A stretch of DNA of 52,993 nucleotides from Octopus bimaculoides (lineage: Eukaryota): positions 96,240,732-96,293,724 of the forward strand of contig NC_068989.1 in assembly GCF_001194135.2 (NCBI RefSeq). The letters run 5' to 3'. The notes below the pieces were generated by a model. The model was not told the origin of the DNA, searched no databases, and worked only from the letters and a program-made list of their open reading frames with translations. Position numbers and translations under genes: made by a program. Below are positions 23,794 to 36,782 of the stretch, in pieces (within the stretch, counting starts at the first letter, position 1; every line of letters begins with the position of its first letter).

Positions 23794-24299
23794 CATCATC
23801 ATCATCATCAAATTCAACTTTATACAAGTTGAATATCAGTGGCAATAAGATCACCAATTATAAACACCAGAAGGCACTGGAATGGGTAATAATAATAATG
23901 ATAATAATAATAGTAGTACACTTTACACACACGCACCCTATCTGTATTCTCCATCCTAAACAAATCCATCGTTAAATGGTTTAGCTTTTTTTCTGTTTTC
24001 CTTTGTTGCTTTCGAAAGGTTACTGTTGTTGTTACTACTACTGCTACTACACTACTTCTTCTTCTTATTATTATTATTATTATTATTATTGTATTTTCTT
24101 TATATTTTTCCTTCTTGTCTATTTTACATGCATGAAATATGTTAGCCAGTGCAGGAGGCACATTTAGCAAACCATTTCTATATCAGATTATGCATATTTG
24201 TGAAATATTTTGTATGTAATACAATGCCAAGTAAAAAAAAAAGTCAAGCAATGCATACAGGTAATAGAGGTGCATACATAAAGCATGCATATAAACTAT

Positions 24300-24336
<37 letters not shown>

Positions 24337-24445
24337 CACACACATATGTCAATTATATGTGTGTATGCTTATTCATATATATGCATATATATATATATAT
24401 ACTTACATACATACATACAGACATACATACATGTGTGTGTATATA

Positions 24446-24512
<67 letters not shown>
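23590..24512. repeat. Cluster of (ATT)n, (ATC)n, (CA)n and (TA)n microsatellites
   Basis: Direct reading; interleaved with short unique stretches. Confidence 0.9.
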
Positions 24513-24514
<2 letters not shown>

Positions 24515-26399
24515 ATATATGTATTTGTAGTTATATTAACGTAAACCAACTTGCACAGGGCAAATCTTTTTGTCTTGTTTTACTTTGTATTTTCTCATTA
24601 TTACATAATTTTGGGGGTTTCTTTCCCCCACCCCGTCCCTCCATTCAGGTTGTTGCTGTTATTATTTTTTATTCTAATGCTAAAATCCCTTTTATTACAC
24701 ACCACATTACTCGTTACTGTTTCATTCCAGCACCATGTTGAACTTTTCCAAATAATTGCTGCAGCATCTTGAAGAATAGAGAAATAATAATAATAATAAT
24801 AATAACAACAATAACAAGAACCATTAACTATATCTCCCCACCACCACCACACACAGCAATACCAAAATGCTATATTCTATGTTGCTCTACTCTTCATGCA
24901 TTCATTTATTAAAAGATAGCTGCTGACCTTAAAGATTTCTCTGTGTTCCTTTGTAGGAACTTATTATTGGTTATTTGTGACTATGATAACCGTTGCACAA
25001 GAGAACAGCATTTCTCAAGCATCATTTGTTTAGTTTTTGCAGTTAACAACCTATGCTAGCTGTGTCCATAAAACTTGAGATGGTGTAAGTAAAATTATAG
25101 ATACATATATGTGTGTGTGTGTGTGTGTATACACTGCACACATGCTCACTACATATCTGAACACCAATTCCCACATTAAACCAGAATGGCTATTGGTCTA
25201 CGACTGATGCTATGCAAAAGAGCAACTAGTACTTCTGTAAAGTGATTGGTGTTGGAAAGGGCTTCCTGCCATAGAAGCCATCTCCCAAATGGAATGCATT
25301 AGCAAAACTTGGTTCTCTCGCCTATCCAGGAATGTGAGCTGTATGTTTGTTTGGAACCCTGTATTGGATGTTACAAGTCCATATGAATGCTTAACCAAAA
25401 TTGATTATCAGGAAACACTTTATTGTATTAGGTTACCAAGAACTAATGTTAATATATAATAAGTTGATGCTAATAGCTCATTCTAAGAATTCTTGTTTTC
25501 TTTTAATCATGTCTGGTATCTTATGTTGTTCCTGTCTGAATATTTAGTGATTATTTCATCCCTTTTGAAATTATGCCATTTAAAGAATAAAAAAAAAAAA
25601 CCAGGTTAATGCCGTATTCCATTCTTTATATAAATGCTTGTTTAGCACCTTCCTATTTTCACTCTGTAAAAGTTAGCCTCTGTTTAAGACTGGAAGCTAT
25701 ATTATTAATGGAAAGAATGTGAGAATTCCGTAAAGCATAGTTTTTATAAGGAGTAGGATCAGTTGAAGACTGACGTTTATAAAACTGCAGATGTAAGAAA
25801 AAAATACTGAAAACAAAGAAAAAATAAAGAAAATTGGATCTTCATATTTTTCGGATTTCAAAATTTGTCAAATTTTTAATTTTGTTTTCCACAATTTTCT
25901 TAATTTGTTTTTTCACATTCAAAACATTGTCAAGCTGAATGATCTGCTGTTAATATTGTATCATAAATATTTAATTAGAATCAAAAGTTTTCTTTAATTT
26001 TTTTTTTTGCTTTGTTTTGTTTTTTGATTTTAGTTTTTCTAACTGTTCATTGTTGTATTAAACCAATTTGCATCTTGTATAAAGCGTCAATAGGAAATGT
26101 ATTCTATTGAAACATAGAAACAGGATTTGGTTGTTACATAATCCCTCAAAAATATAGATGCATATAACTTTTAAGGAAAAACCTTTCTACAAGGACTAAT
26201 GCAAGATTTCTTTTAAGAAAGGGTGGTCATGGCTGTGTGGTTAAGAAGTTTGTTTTGCAATTATGTGGTTCATCAATATTTAAAACAGCCTTCAATTGCT
26301 ATATTTGTAGAATGGACCTCTGTCTGTTCTTACAGTAATTTGCTAATATCTTTCTAAAAAGTGTTGTGTATCTTTTTAGTGGAACCAATTACATGATGA

Positions 26400-27530
26400 A
26401 TACAAGCTTTAAATCTCATCATGTTTTAATTTGAACAGAGATAATCCCTGTAATTCTTTAGCTTGTCAGTTCACATTTGCACAACTTTGTAATCATTTGG
26501 TCTTACTACACTGATAATTAGTAGACTTATTAACATTTGTTGTCATGGAATATTATGTTAGCTTCGTTATGTGCTGCTATAGTTGATGGTCTGCTTGTAG
26601 CCTAAAGTTCCTTCATTATTTTCTAAGAATCTCATATGAGTACCACAAATCTCTTTTTCTTGCAGCAATTAAAATTGGTTAATGATGCAAATGCAGGGCT
26701 GATTCATTATGTTATTGAATTCTCAACTATATTTTGCTGGGGCTAATGCTAAACATCCAAATACATTATTGCTTCTGAAAATACACCATACAGGGGACAT
26801 TTTGCATGTATACTGAGGGAATTTTTAGATATTCCTTGCAGTATGTCTCAGTGTTTCTTTGCACCTGTGATGTTACCAAACTCTACCTCAAATTCAGGCT
26901 GGTTTGTTCATCTAGATCAGAACTAGCTTTTATATTTATAAGTAAATCATTCATTTTTTGCAAATGTATCTTGTCCAGATAAAAACATATAGTTTTACTC
27001 TTTGGTCATTTTATCTGGCATCGGTACGTTTGTTTTTGTTGCTGTCTTCTGTTCATATTTTAGAATTTCAAAATCTAATCCAATTTTCTTGGGGGAATTT
27101 TGTTGCTATGGTGATAATCGATTTACTATCTTTTGTAGGATCATAGTCAACAAGGAGGACAAGTAGCTGGCTTTCTTGTGAGTTTGAAATGTAGTGGGCA
27201 ATGTTAATATGAACAAATAAAATCCAAAGCCAAATTCTATAGAAACTAGTAATGGCTGGCAGCAATAAAAATCTGTATTCTTGGAACTACCATAAGCATT
27301 TTAAAAAAATGTTCTCCCTTTAACAAAGGATATTTCCTTGAAATATCCAAATTCCTTTCTTCCAATGGAATGACATACAAAGTTATTCAAAAGTTGCAAA
27401 ATGCCCCAAACACTTCCCTGACAATCAATAGTTCCATGTTATTAGATCTAATATGTGATGTTAGTTTAGAAGATCTCTTATGTCACGATCTGTAGACTCC
27501 AAATTCATGATGTTCCAGTGAAATTCTACA
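26400..27530 (-). mobile_element. Possible heavily decayed LINE ORF2 5' region (APE endonuclease and linker)
   Basis: Interrupted frame FHWNIMNLESTDRDIRDLLN*...SQLLVLLVDYD weakly resembles the QWNxRGL...LL and LLGDFN motifs; many stops. Confidence 0.25.
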
Positions 27531-27749
27531 AAAACAATTTGTGACTTGCATTACATTCCCATACACACCATTCTATCTGCATTTATACCCAAATATTTAT
27601 TTCTAATTATTTAATTCTTATTGTCTGCTCCATTTACTACCTTCCATTCTCTCCATCAAGTTTCAAACTTGCCTGTCTCTTTCATTGGATTATCGCCTTC
27701 CTGTGTTTTCAATGCATTCTTCACCATCACCACAATCATCATCATCATT

Positions 27750-28285
27750 GCCTAGTGGTTAAGAAGTTAGTTTCATAATCATGATGGCCCCAAGTTCACT
27801 CTTACTGCATGGTTTCATGAACAACTGTCTTTTACTATTACCTCGGATTAACCCAAGCTTTGTAAGTAAGACTGAGCAGATGGAAACTGTTGGAAGCTCA
27901 CTGAATGGACTCCATCTGTAATGCTAATTGTCAGCTTTGTCACACACCTTACAACAGTGCCTTCAAGTGACTTTCTTAATTACACAGCCTTGCTTAATTG
28001 AATAAATTCATTAATTACAAATTTCCAATGATCCAATGAAGGATGCTGTAATTATTGTTATTTTTATTAAGGCGGCAACCTGACAGAATCATCAGCACAT
28101 TGGACAAAACGCTGAACAGCATGTTGTCAATCTTTACATTCTGAGTTCAAATTCTGCTAAGGTCAACTTTGTCTTTTATCCTTTTGGAGTTGATAAAATA
28201 AGTACCAGATGAATACTGAGGCCGATGTAATCAGCTAAACCCCCCCCCCCGCTCTCCAAATTGCTGGCCTTGCACCAAAATGAGA
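27750..28285 (+). mobile_element. SINE family A head (about 27750-27900) and SINE family B (about 28068-28285)
   Basis: gtggttaagaagttag...caagttcactc; aaggcggcaacctgacagaatc...ctgagttcaaattctgctaaggtcaactttg...agtaccag. Confidence 0.7.
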
Positions 28286-28718
28286 AAGGATTATTATTGT
28301 TGTTGTTGTTAAGGCGGTGAGATGGCAGAATCACAACCCACTTCACCAATTGCTTAGCAGTTCTTCTTCTTCTTCTTCTTCTTCTTCTTCTTCTTCTTCT
28401 TCTTCTTCTTCTNNNNNNNNNNNNNNNNNNNNNNNNNNNNNNNNNNNNNNNNNNNNNNNNNNNNNNNNNNNNNNNNNNNNNNNNNNNNNNNNNNNNNNNN
28501 NNNNNNNNNNNNNNNNNNNNNNNNNNNNNNNNNNNNNNNNNNNNNNNNNNNNNNNNNNNNNNNNNNNNNNNNNNNNNNNNNNNNNNNNNNNNNNNNNNNN
28601 NNNNNNNNNNNNNNNNNNNNNNNNNNNNNNNNNNNNNNNNNNNNNNNNNNNNNNNNNNNNNNNNNNNNNNNNNNNNNNNNNNNNNNNNNNNNNNNNNNNN
28701 NNNNNNNNNNNNNNNNNN

Positions 28719-28953
28719 GGCACATAAAAGACACCATTTCGAGCGTGGCCGTTTTCGTGCGGGTGACACGTAAAAGCACCCACTACACTCTCTGAGTGGT
28801 TGGCGTTAGGAAGGGCATCCAGCTGTAGAAACTCTGCCAAATCAGACTGGAGCCTGGTGTTGCCATCCGGTTTCACCAGTCCTCAGTCAAATCGTCCAAC
28901 CCATGCTAGCATGGAAAGCGGACGTTAAACGATGATGATGATGATGATGATGA
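28719..28953 (+). mobile_element. Young RTE-derived 3' end/SINE with a (GAT)n tail
   Basis: Near-identical to 49503-49677 (cacccactacactctc...ccatgctagcatggaaagcggacgttaaacgatgat). Confidence 0.85.
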
Positions 28954-28969
28954 TTATTAGTTTAAGTAC

Positions 28970-29085
28970 CACCCAAAGTTGACTTTTGGCTTTCATCTTT
29001 CAGGGTTGATAAAATAAATACCAGTTAAGCACTGGGGTCAATGTAATTCACTAGACCCTTCCCTCAAAGTTGCTGACATTGTTCC
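28970..29085 (+). mobile_element. SINE family B fragment
   Basis: gttgacttttggctttcatctttcagggttgataaaataaataccag. Confidence 0.6.
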
Positions 29086-29583
29086 AAAATTATTGTTGTT
29101 GTTCTTGTTTCTCTGATTATTGTTATTGTTATTATTAGTAATAATAATCCAAAGAGAAGAAAGTGTTGGGAGATGAAGACTGTTGCAGCAATCTTCAGCC
29201 CAAATACTAAAAGGAAACTCAAGAAAATAAGGAGATAAAACGTTTGGCATTTCGTTGAGTTCTGGAAATAAGATAAACGTTGAAATGCGAAAGAAAAAAG
29301 GGAAATATTACAGTCAATAAATAGAGTTTAACTACTACTACTACTACTTCTTCTTCTTCTTCTTCTTCTTCTTTCATCGTTGCTTTGCTAAATAAATTAT
29401 AGAATGTGGTGAGGAACTGATAAAACTGTTTTGCTAAACTATGAGAATATTGACTCCATATCTTGTATGGAATATAGGAAATTTTAACGAAATGATACTA
29501 AAATTTTTTTGATCTCTTATATACAAGTATGTGTGTGTGTGTATATGTATGTGTATAGATATGTACATAATATATACTTGTAA

Positions 29584-29627
<44 letters not shown>

Positions 29628-29632
29628 TATGT

Positions 29633-30330
29633 ATGGACAACTACATAAAAGAAGTGGTGATTGACAAATGTAGATGAAACGTGAAGAGGTGGGGAGGCCC
29701 AGGAAGACATGGGATAAAGAAGTGAAGATTGATTTCTGGATGTTGAGCATCTCAGAAGAAATAGCAAAAAAAAAAAACAGAGTTAACTGATGATTAGCTG
29801 TTTTTGAGGAGTCCTTAAAAAAAATCTAGTTTTGTCTCTTCCCTCACATTCATGCACTCTTGTGAGTTTATCTCATCCTCTCTCACTATCCCCCACACCT
29901 GCTCCCCTGTTCCCATCCCCCTCACATTCACCCTTTTTACCCTGAAGGTACATCCTGACACCACATCATCACCACCATCTTCTCTCCTTCTCCAACAGGG
30001 GGTAGCCAAGTATCCCCTCTCCAACAAGACACCTCTTCCTACATCTCATACTTGCCTCTCAACACCTGGCATAAACCACCTCCCTTAATACTACACAAAA
30101 GGGTCTTGTCTAGCAAGTGACTCAGGGACCTGACTAGTGTTGGTGGCACAAACAAAAGCACCCGGTACACTGAGTCAAGAGGTTGGCATTAGAAAGGGTT
30201 TCAAACTGCAGAAACCCTGTCGAAACAGACGGTGGAGTTTGACACAGTTCTCTGACCTGCTTCATCCTATCAAATCATTCACAGACACTTGCCAGCATGG
30301 GAGATATGATGACTAATGTGAATGACGATG
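29633..30330. mobile_element. Old RTE fragments: C-terminus (+, about 29633-29763), C-terminus (-, about 29820-30030), tail (+, about 30100-30330)
   Basis: GRPRKTWDKEVKID (+); RVNVRGMGTGEQVWGIVRED (-); ggttggcattagaaagggt...gccagcatgg...gatgat. Confidence 0.5.
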
Positions 30331-33300
30331 ACAATATATATATATATATATACACAAATATGTGTTAGTGTGTGTATATGTGTATTGTGTGTACATATAT
30401 ATATGTGTGTGTATGTATATCTATATGTTTATATGAATCTACACACATTCATAAATGTGTGTTTTTGTATGTGTGTACATTTCAAATTGACTTCAGTTCC
30501 CAAAAATAAAAAAAATAAACACCATCCACTTATTAATTCTTTCCAAAATACATTCACCAACTTTCACCACCGTCCGAAAAGCAATATTTTATTTCTCCAC
30601 CACTCTTCCTTCCATTACATGTAGTATCATATAATCACTCTTTCATTCAGTGTAACAAGCAAGTTAAAAGAAACAGGATATTGCCAAGAGATCAATTTAT
30701 ATAATTTGTTCATTTCATGATTATATGCTACTACTTTCAACTTATCTGCTTCTCCCCTTGCACTCAACAAATTTTTATCTTTTTACTATTTTACACAATA
30801 GGGTATCGGAAAATAAATAAAAAAAAAAAGACAAAATTTAATCGGTTTCTATGATGTTTCTAACATCACATAGTGTTACTTAACAATTGAATGCTTTCAA
30901 TCTCTTTTAACAACATTTTATTGCAAAAACATATAAGAGGATACATCATTGGATAATAAAGATATAATGACAGTTTAAACATTTAAAATAACTGAATTTA
31001 TTGTAACTTACACAAAAGAGGTGCAGTAGCTGTAGAATTAAAGTGTTAAATTGAAGACCTACTCAATAGGGAGCTCAATGTCCTACTCTGCCCATCAGAT
31101 GGAATTCAGAATTATGAAAAAAGACAAAAGCCAAAGTCAGTTGTAAGGTCTGTGAAAGTGTTTCAATATTCCATAACAAGGTTTATGTAGTTGTACAAAT
31201 ATATTAATCTATGTGTGTGTGTATATACACACACGCACACACACACCCACCCACACATACACATTGGATCAGGGTTTCATAGCTATCTTTATCTTTGTAT
31301 TTGAATTATATTTTAATCACTGTAGATATGAAGAGCATCATGGCTCTCTCTGACTGAAGATATCCCTTCACAGCCGTGTGGTTCTTGGTTTACTTTCACA
31401 GTACATCACACACACACACACACACACACATTGGCATTAGGAAGGACATCCTGCCATAGATGCCATGTGAAAGCAGACATTGGAGCTTGGTGTATTCCTT
31501 GTATTTTGGTTCTTGTCAAACAGTCCAACCCATGCCAGCAGAGTAAAGCAGATGTTAAATGATGATGATGATGATATATATGTGTGTGCGTGTGTGTGTG
31601 TGTGTGTGCAAGTTGGAATGTGACATTAAAAACTTCATTTTGAGTGCATGTTTTTAGAGTGGAGTCCCACTGCTAAGACCCTGTCAACTGGTGTCCCCTA
31701 CTGTCTTCTATTATAGCCATGGATTGACCAATACTTGGTAATTGAAAATGCTAAAAGACCATCATGGATAATAGTATTTGTGTGTGTTTGTGTGTAAGCA
31801 AATCCTTATCAATAATATCGACCATGTTGTTTGTCTGCAGTCCGTCAGACAAGCATGTTTTGGTTGATTGTTGTTTGACGGACTGAGGCATTTATAGAAC
31901 AGGTGTGGGTTGGTGTCAAGAAAAGTCCATGGCCATGAGAAGTTCTCCTCCAATGTAGCTGCATCTGACTTATTACGCAAGCATGGAAAAGTAGACATTA
32001 AAACAATGGTAATAATGAGGATGACAACGACGATGAAGACGTACACACATTGTGTTTATCCAAATGACATGGGCCATGGTGTAATTTTGCTCACATAAAT
32101 GATGTGACAGTAAGAAAGCCATGCTGAACAATAATTACATGAGAAAGCATGTTTACGGAGATTTTATGTCTGCCATTCAACCGATAAAATGTTGTACTCT
32201 TGGGCAATTTTTAGTACTTTTTCACCACAATCCAGACTCTGTAAATGTCGCTTTTCCGTTCAATTGACAAAGGACTTATTTTGCAAAGCACTCTTTTCTC
32301 TTCAGAGACAGAGTAACAATAACAAAGTTGATTACCTATAACAGATTTATGCAAATACATACACACACACACGCACGCACACATGCACACACACTACATA
32401 CATACACACATACATACACACACACAGATGCACACACGCTACATACATACATGCATACATACATACATGCATACATACATACATACATACATACATACAC
32501 GCATATATTTTCAGAACCAAATCATAGGATAAATAAAGACATCACTGATTTCGCCATGTCTTTAAATTCTTCAGCATGTTTGTGGTTTTTGTGAGCTAAA
32601 TTGCTTTTAATGTTGTTTAAATTGATCAACTGAGAACAAGGTTACATACAGATTGACACACACACAGCACATTTGATAAACATAAACAAAAGACATGATT
32701 GTTTCACCTGTGTGTGTGTGTGAGACCCCCTTCAGTATAATGCTTTACATATACAGCAGTAATTTAAATTCACTGTTAGTCAGGCTGTACAAAAGATGAA
32801 AGAGTAACATTAGCATTGTTCTCCAGGATGGGTTTTATATTGTGTAGCTAATTAAATATTCACAGGACCTTGATGGCTTCGTTTGGATAACTGACGCTCA
32901 GAAACCTAATATTTGACGACTGTGCATAGTCATGTGTGTGTTTATGTGCCTTATTTATTATGTAATTATATGTGTGTGTTTGTTATGTGTATGTTTTTAT
33001 TATGCACTTGTGTGTGTGTGTGTATTAATAATTTATGTCAGCTTAGAATATTTTAACATCTTTAGAGAAAATTAAGAAAATGGAATTTTATGAAGGAAGA
33101 CCTTTATATTGTTTTAGACATTTCCTTGTTACTCTCACCATAGGAAGGGCAGTGAACCAGAGCTTGATCCGTTGGAAACCTGTAACCAGTAATACTCCTC
33201 CTCCTCCTCATCATCATTATCGTCACCATCATCATCACCATCATCATCACCGCCCTCATCACCATTGTCATTGTCATCGTTTTACACCAGCTTTCCATAG

Positions 33301-33465
33301 TGTCATGGGTTGGATGGGTTGTCCTCGTCAGAGTCAGCTTATATTAGGGGTTACTTCTAATCTAAATGGGGTGAAGGGCCTCAACTTGCTCATGTGTTTC
33401 ATTTTTGGTTTGGTTTTGCCCCCAAAATTATAATGTGAAATAACCCCAACGCATATATATATAAG

Positions 33466-33803
33466 GAACCTGTGGAAGAGGTAAACCCAGGAAGACATGG
33501 GATGAGGTGGTGAAGCATGACCTTCGAATGCTGGGCCTCATAGAGACCTTTCAAGTTATGCTGTGATTGAGAAGACCCAGCAAGTCAAGTGAGATTGCAG
33601 CTGGGGTCAATGCCAGTGCTGCCTGACTGGCAGCCCCCACTACACTCTCGGAGTGGTTGGCGTTAGGAAGGGCATCCGGCTGTAGAAAACTTGCCTGATA
33701 AGACTGGAGCCTGGTGCAGCCACCTGGCTTGCCAGTCCTCAGTCAAACTATCCAACCCATGCCAGCATGGAAAGTGGATGTTAAACGATGATGATGATGA
33801 TGA
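33466..33803 (+). mobile_element. RTE 3' end
   Basis: GTCGRGKPRKTWDEVVKHDLRMLGL, then cactacactctcggagtggttggcgttaggaagggcatcc and a (GAT)n tail. Confidence 0.85.
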
Positions 33804-35271
33804 TATACGGCTTCTTTCAGTTTCCCTTTGCCAAATCTATTTGCCCCAAGGTGTCGTGCAGTTGAACTGAACCTGAAACTGCATGGTTGGCTAGCAAGCT
33901 TTTCAACCAGTTGGCCATACATGCACTTCTGTGTGTGCGTGTGTGTGTGTGTGTGTAAAAAGTGAGAGAGATAAAGACAACTTAGTACGCGGTTGTGAGG
34001 TCAAGTTTTACAACAACTGTTGCATTTTACTCCAAGGTCAACGACTGACCTTTGTCTCCTTGCAATCTATCCGCATCATTTCTGCTCTTTGTCTCTTTTA
34101 TAAGGAATAACAAAAGAATGCATCTGTATAAAAACAACTGGTCTAAAATTATGTGAAAATCTAAACATATTAAAAGCTGGAAAATGTTGAAGATCCCTCT
34201 CCACATCACAGCTGACTGGTTTTTCAGGGTTATAAGAAATGGCCCTTTGTCTTTCAAGACTCAGAAATATGGTTTTATTTTTTTAATTATTTTCTTAAGG
34301 ATTAAGTTATTGATGTACTCTGCTTTGTCACACACTGCTCTGCCAGGAAGAATGGTTTTTTTTTTCTCCTCCAAATTATTCATATATTCAGAATCTGTTT
34401 CATGTAGCTCCTCTAAGATGGAAACATTATACCTGTTTTACAGTTCCCAATCTCCATTTATTTGCTGTATTTTTCATTGTTTTTCTTCATTTGATAGCAA
34501 GTGTATTGTGTTGTTGCTGTTGTTGTTTTAGTTTTATTTTATGCAAATTTGTGTTTGCAAGTATTAAATCATGACTGTCTGTACTTAAAGTGCATATTTT
34601 TGTTTTATTGTCATTTTTTACCTGTTTGTTTGTTTTTTTTTATTCTGTTTATCTTTGAATTTATTTTTATACATTCCAAGAGTAGAGGATTTTTTTTTCC
34701 TATTTCAAAGAAGTTTTTCCAGTGCTACTGCCATTTTTGTTTCGGACTCTTTTTTGCTGTTTTAGAAGATAAAGTAGTATTGAAAATTATTGTATACAAT
34801 AAAAAAAATTCTGGGTAAAAAAAATTGGTGTTTAAAGCAGATCTTAGATTCTTACAACCAATAAAATGTGAACTAAAAGGTATAATAATGGAAGAGTAAG
34901 AAGTATCAAGAGCAAACATGCTGGGTATTGGTTGAAGAATTATATTTAACCGATTCCGAAATTGATAGATAAGCAATGAGATTGATTAACATCTGTTGGC
35001 ACTTCTTTAACTTTAACAAGTTTTAGCAGTAAAACACTGTTTATGTTGATATGAGACAAACAATTTTATTAATGATTGAATCCTTTCCCATCGAGACAAA
35101 ATCCATGGAATGGCCAATTTCCTTGTCTTTAGTGCATTCTTCAAAAAGAAAAAGATTTTCTTTGAAATCATAAACCAATTTTTGTTTCAAACACTTTCTG
35201 AACTCAATTTCGAATTCATGATTATTAAAAATTAGTTTCATTTTCATTGAAATGATATTAGAAAAGTTGAA

Positions 35272-36125
35272 CATCATCATCATTATCAGTTAGTGTCCAT
35301 TTGTCCATCTGCATAGGTTGACCAGGGCTGGTAAGCTGAGGGGCTGCACTTGATTCCAGTCTGATTTGGGTTAGGGTTTCTACAGTTGGATGCCTTTTCT
35401 AACGCCAACCACTCCAAGAGTGCAATAAGTATCTCTACCTGCCACAGACATGGGTGCCATTTGCCTGAAACCAGTATCTGCCACGACTGCAATTTCGCTT
35501 GGCTTGATGGGTCTTCTTCTCAAGCACAACATAATGCCATATTTCTCAGTCATTGCCTCCATGAGGCCCAACACTCATAAGGAGCTTTTCATGTGCCGCC
35601 AGCATTGACCACTTTGCCTCTGTGAGGCCCAGTGCTCGAAAGAAGCTTCTTATGTGCCACCGCACAGGTGCCAGTTACGTGACACCAGGATCAGCCACGA
35701 CTACGATTTCATTTGGCTTGATGGATCTTCCTTCTCAAGTACAGCATATTGCCAAAGGTCTCAGCCATTTGTCATTGCCCCTGTGAGGCCCAGCACTCAC
35801 TTTTTACATGCCAGTTACATGACACCAGCATCGGCCACAACTATGGTTTCACTTGGCTTGACAGATTTTCTCAAGCACAGCATATCACTTAAAGTCTCAG
35901 TCACTAGTCATTGCTTCCACGAGGCCCAATGTTTGAAGATCATGCTTCACCATCTTGTCTTCCTGGGTCTCCCTGAGCCTTCCTGTTCCACAGCTTCCTG
36001 TGTCTGCCTCTTGTCTTCTTGGGTCTCCCTCTTCCACAGCTTCCTTCCACTGGTAGAGATCAGCACTTCTTATTCCAATGCAGTCGTCTCTCTTGCCCAC
36101 GACAGCTGATGCCTCTTTTGCCCAA
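35272..36125 (-). mobile_element. RTE 3' end carrying three tandem copies of the C-terminal module
   Basis: cttggcttga...tctcaag(c/t)aca..ata...gtca.tgc..c...gaggccca recurs at about 35500-35570, 35715-35790 and 35850-35930; the minus frame gives KHDLQTLGLVEAMTSD. Confidence 0.8.
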
Positions 36126-36547
36126 CTTTTCTCTCAATACTTATTGATATATCAAGATAGAAAAGCGGCAAGACAAGGTGAAAAGGGAGAAGGAATGAAA
36201 CATTGTAAAGAATGAGAAGGCAGAAAAGCAATGAACTGTAGATTCCAATAAAAAGCTGAGAAAACAATCTGATCAGATGAAGTTTTAGACTGGGAAGATC
36301 TTTACTCAAAACCCAGATGAATAGGTAAAGGTTTGACTCATCAAATTTTTGCATCTTAAATTCTGTTTATGCAAATAAAGAAATTACAAATGTTTTTTTT
36401 TTCATATCTGTTTATGGGTTCTCCTATTTTACAATCTTACTTTAGTCTGAAGAATCAACACCCCACTCCCCTGCAGGAAACTGCTTTTTGGCAATTATAG
36501 TAATAATAATAATAGTTCTTAATTTAGGTAGAGAGAAGTGGATTACC

Positions 36548-36630
36548 TGATAGCATTGACCCCTGCACTTGACTGCACTGACCCCTGCGCTTGATAGCAT
36601 TGACCCCTGCACATGATTGCATTGACCCCT
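36548..36630 (+). repeat. 22-bp tandem repeat, ~4 copies, inside a reversed SINE B fragment
   Basis: TTGATAGCATTGACCCCTGCAC-like units, then aaaaggatggaaagcaaagttg. Confidence 0.9.
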
Positions 36631-36782
36631 AAAAGGATGGAAAGCAAAGTTGGCTTTATCTGTTTCTTAAACTTAGAATGTAAAGAGCTGGAGGGCATTT
36701 TTGTCCGACTCTCTAATGATTTTACCAATCTGCCTAACAACAATTATGATGATGATGATGATGATATTTTCTTCTTTTGCAG

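Noticed and set aside
24957-25084. Exon-like segment with a strong acceptor and a GTAAGT donor
   Set aside because: Stops in all three frames, including from the inner acceptor at 25043; at most non-coding, and unsupported.
31762-32098. Overlapping 94-aa and 62-aa ORFs
   Set aside because: They overlap a decayed RTE-type SINE tail (gcatggaaaagtagacattaaa) and are repeat-derived.
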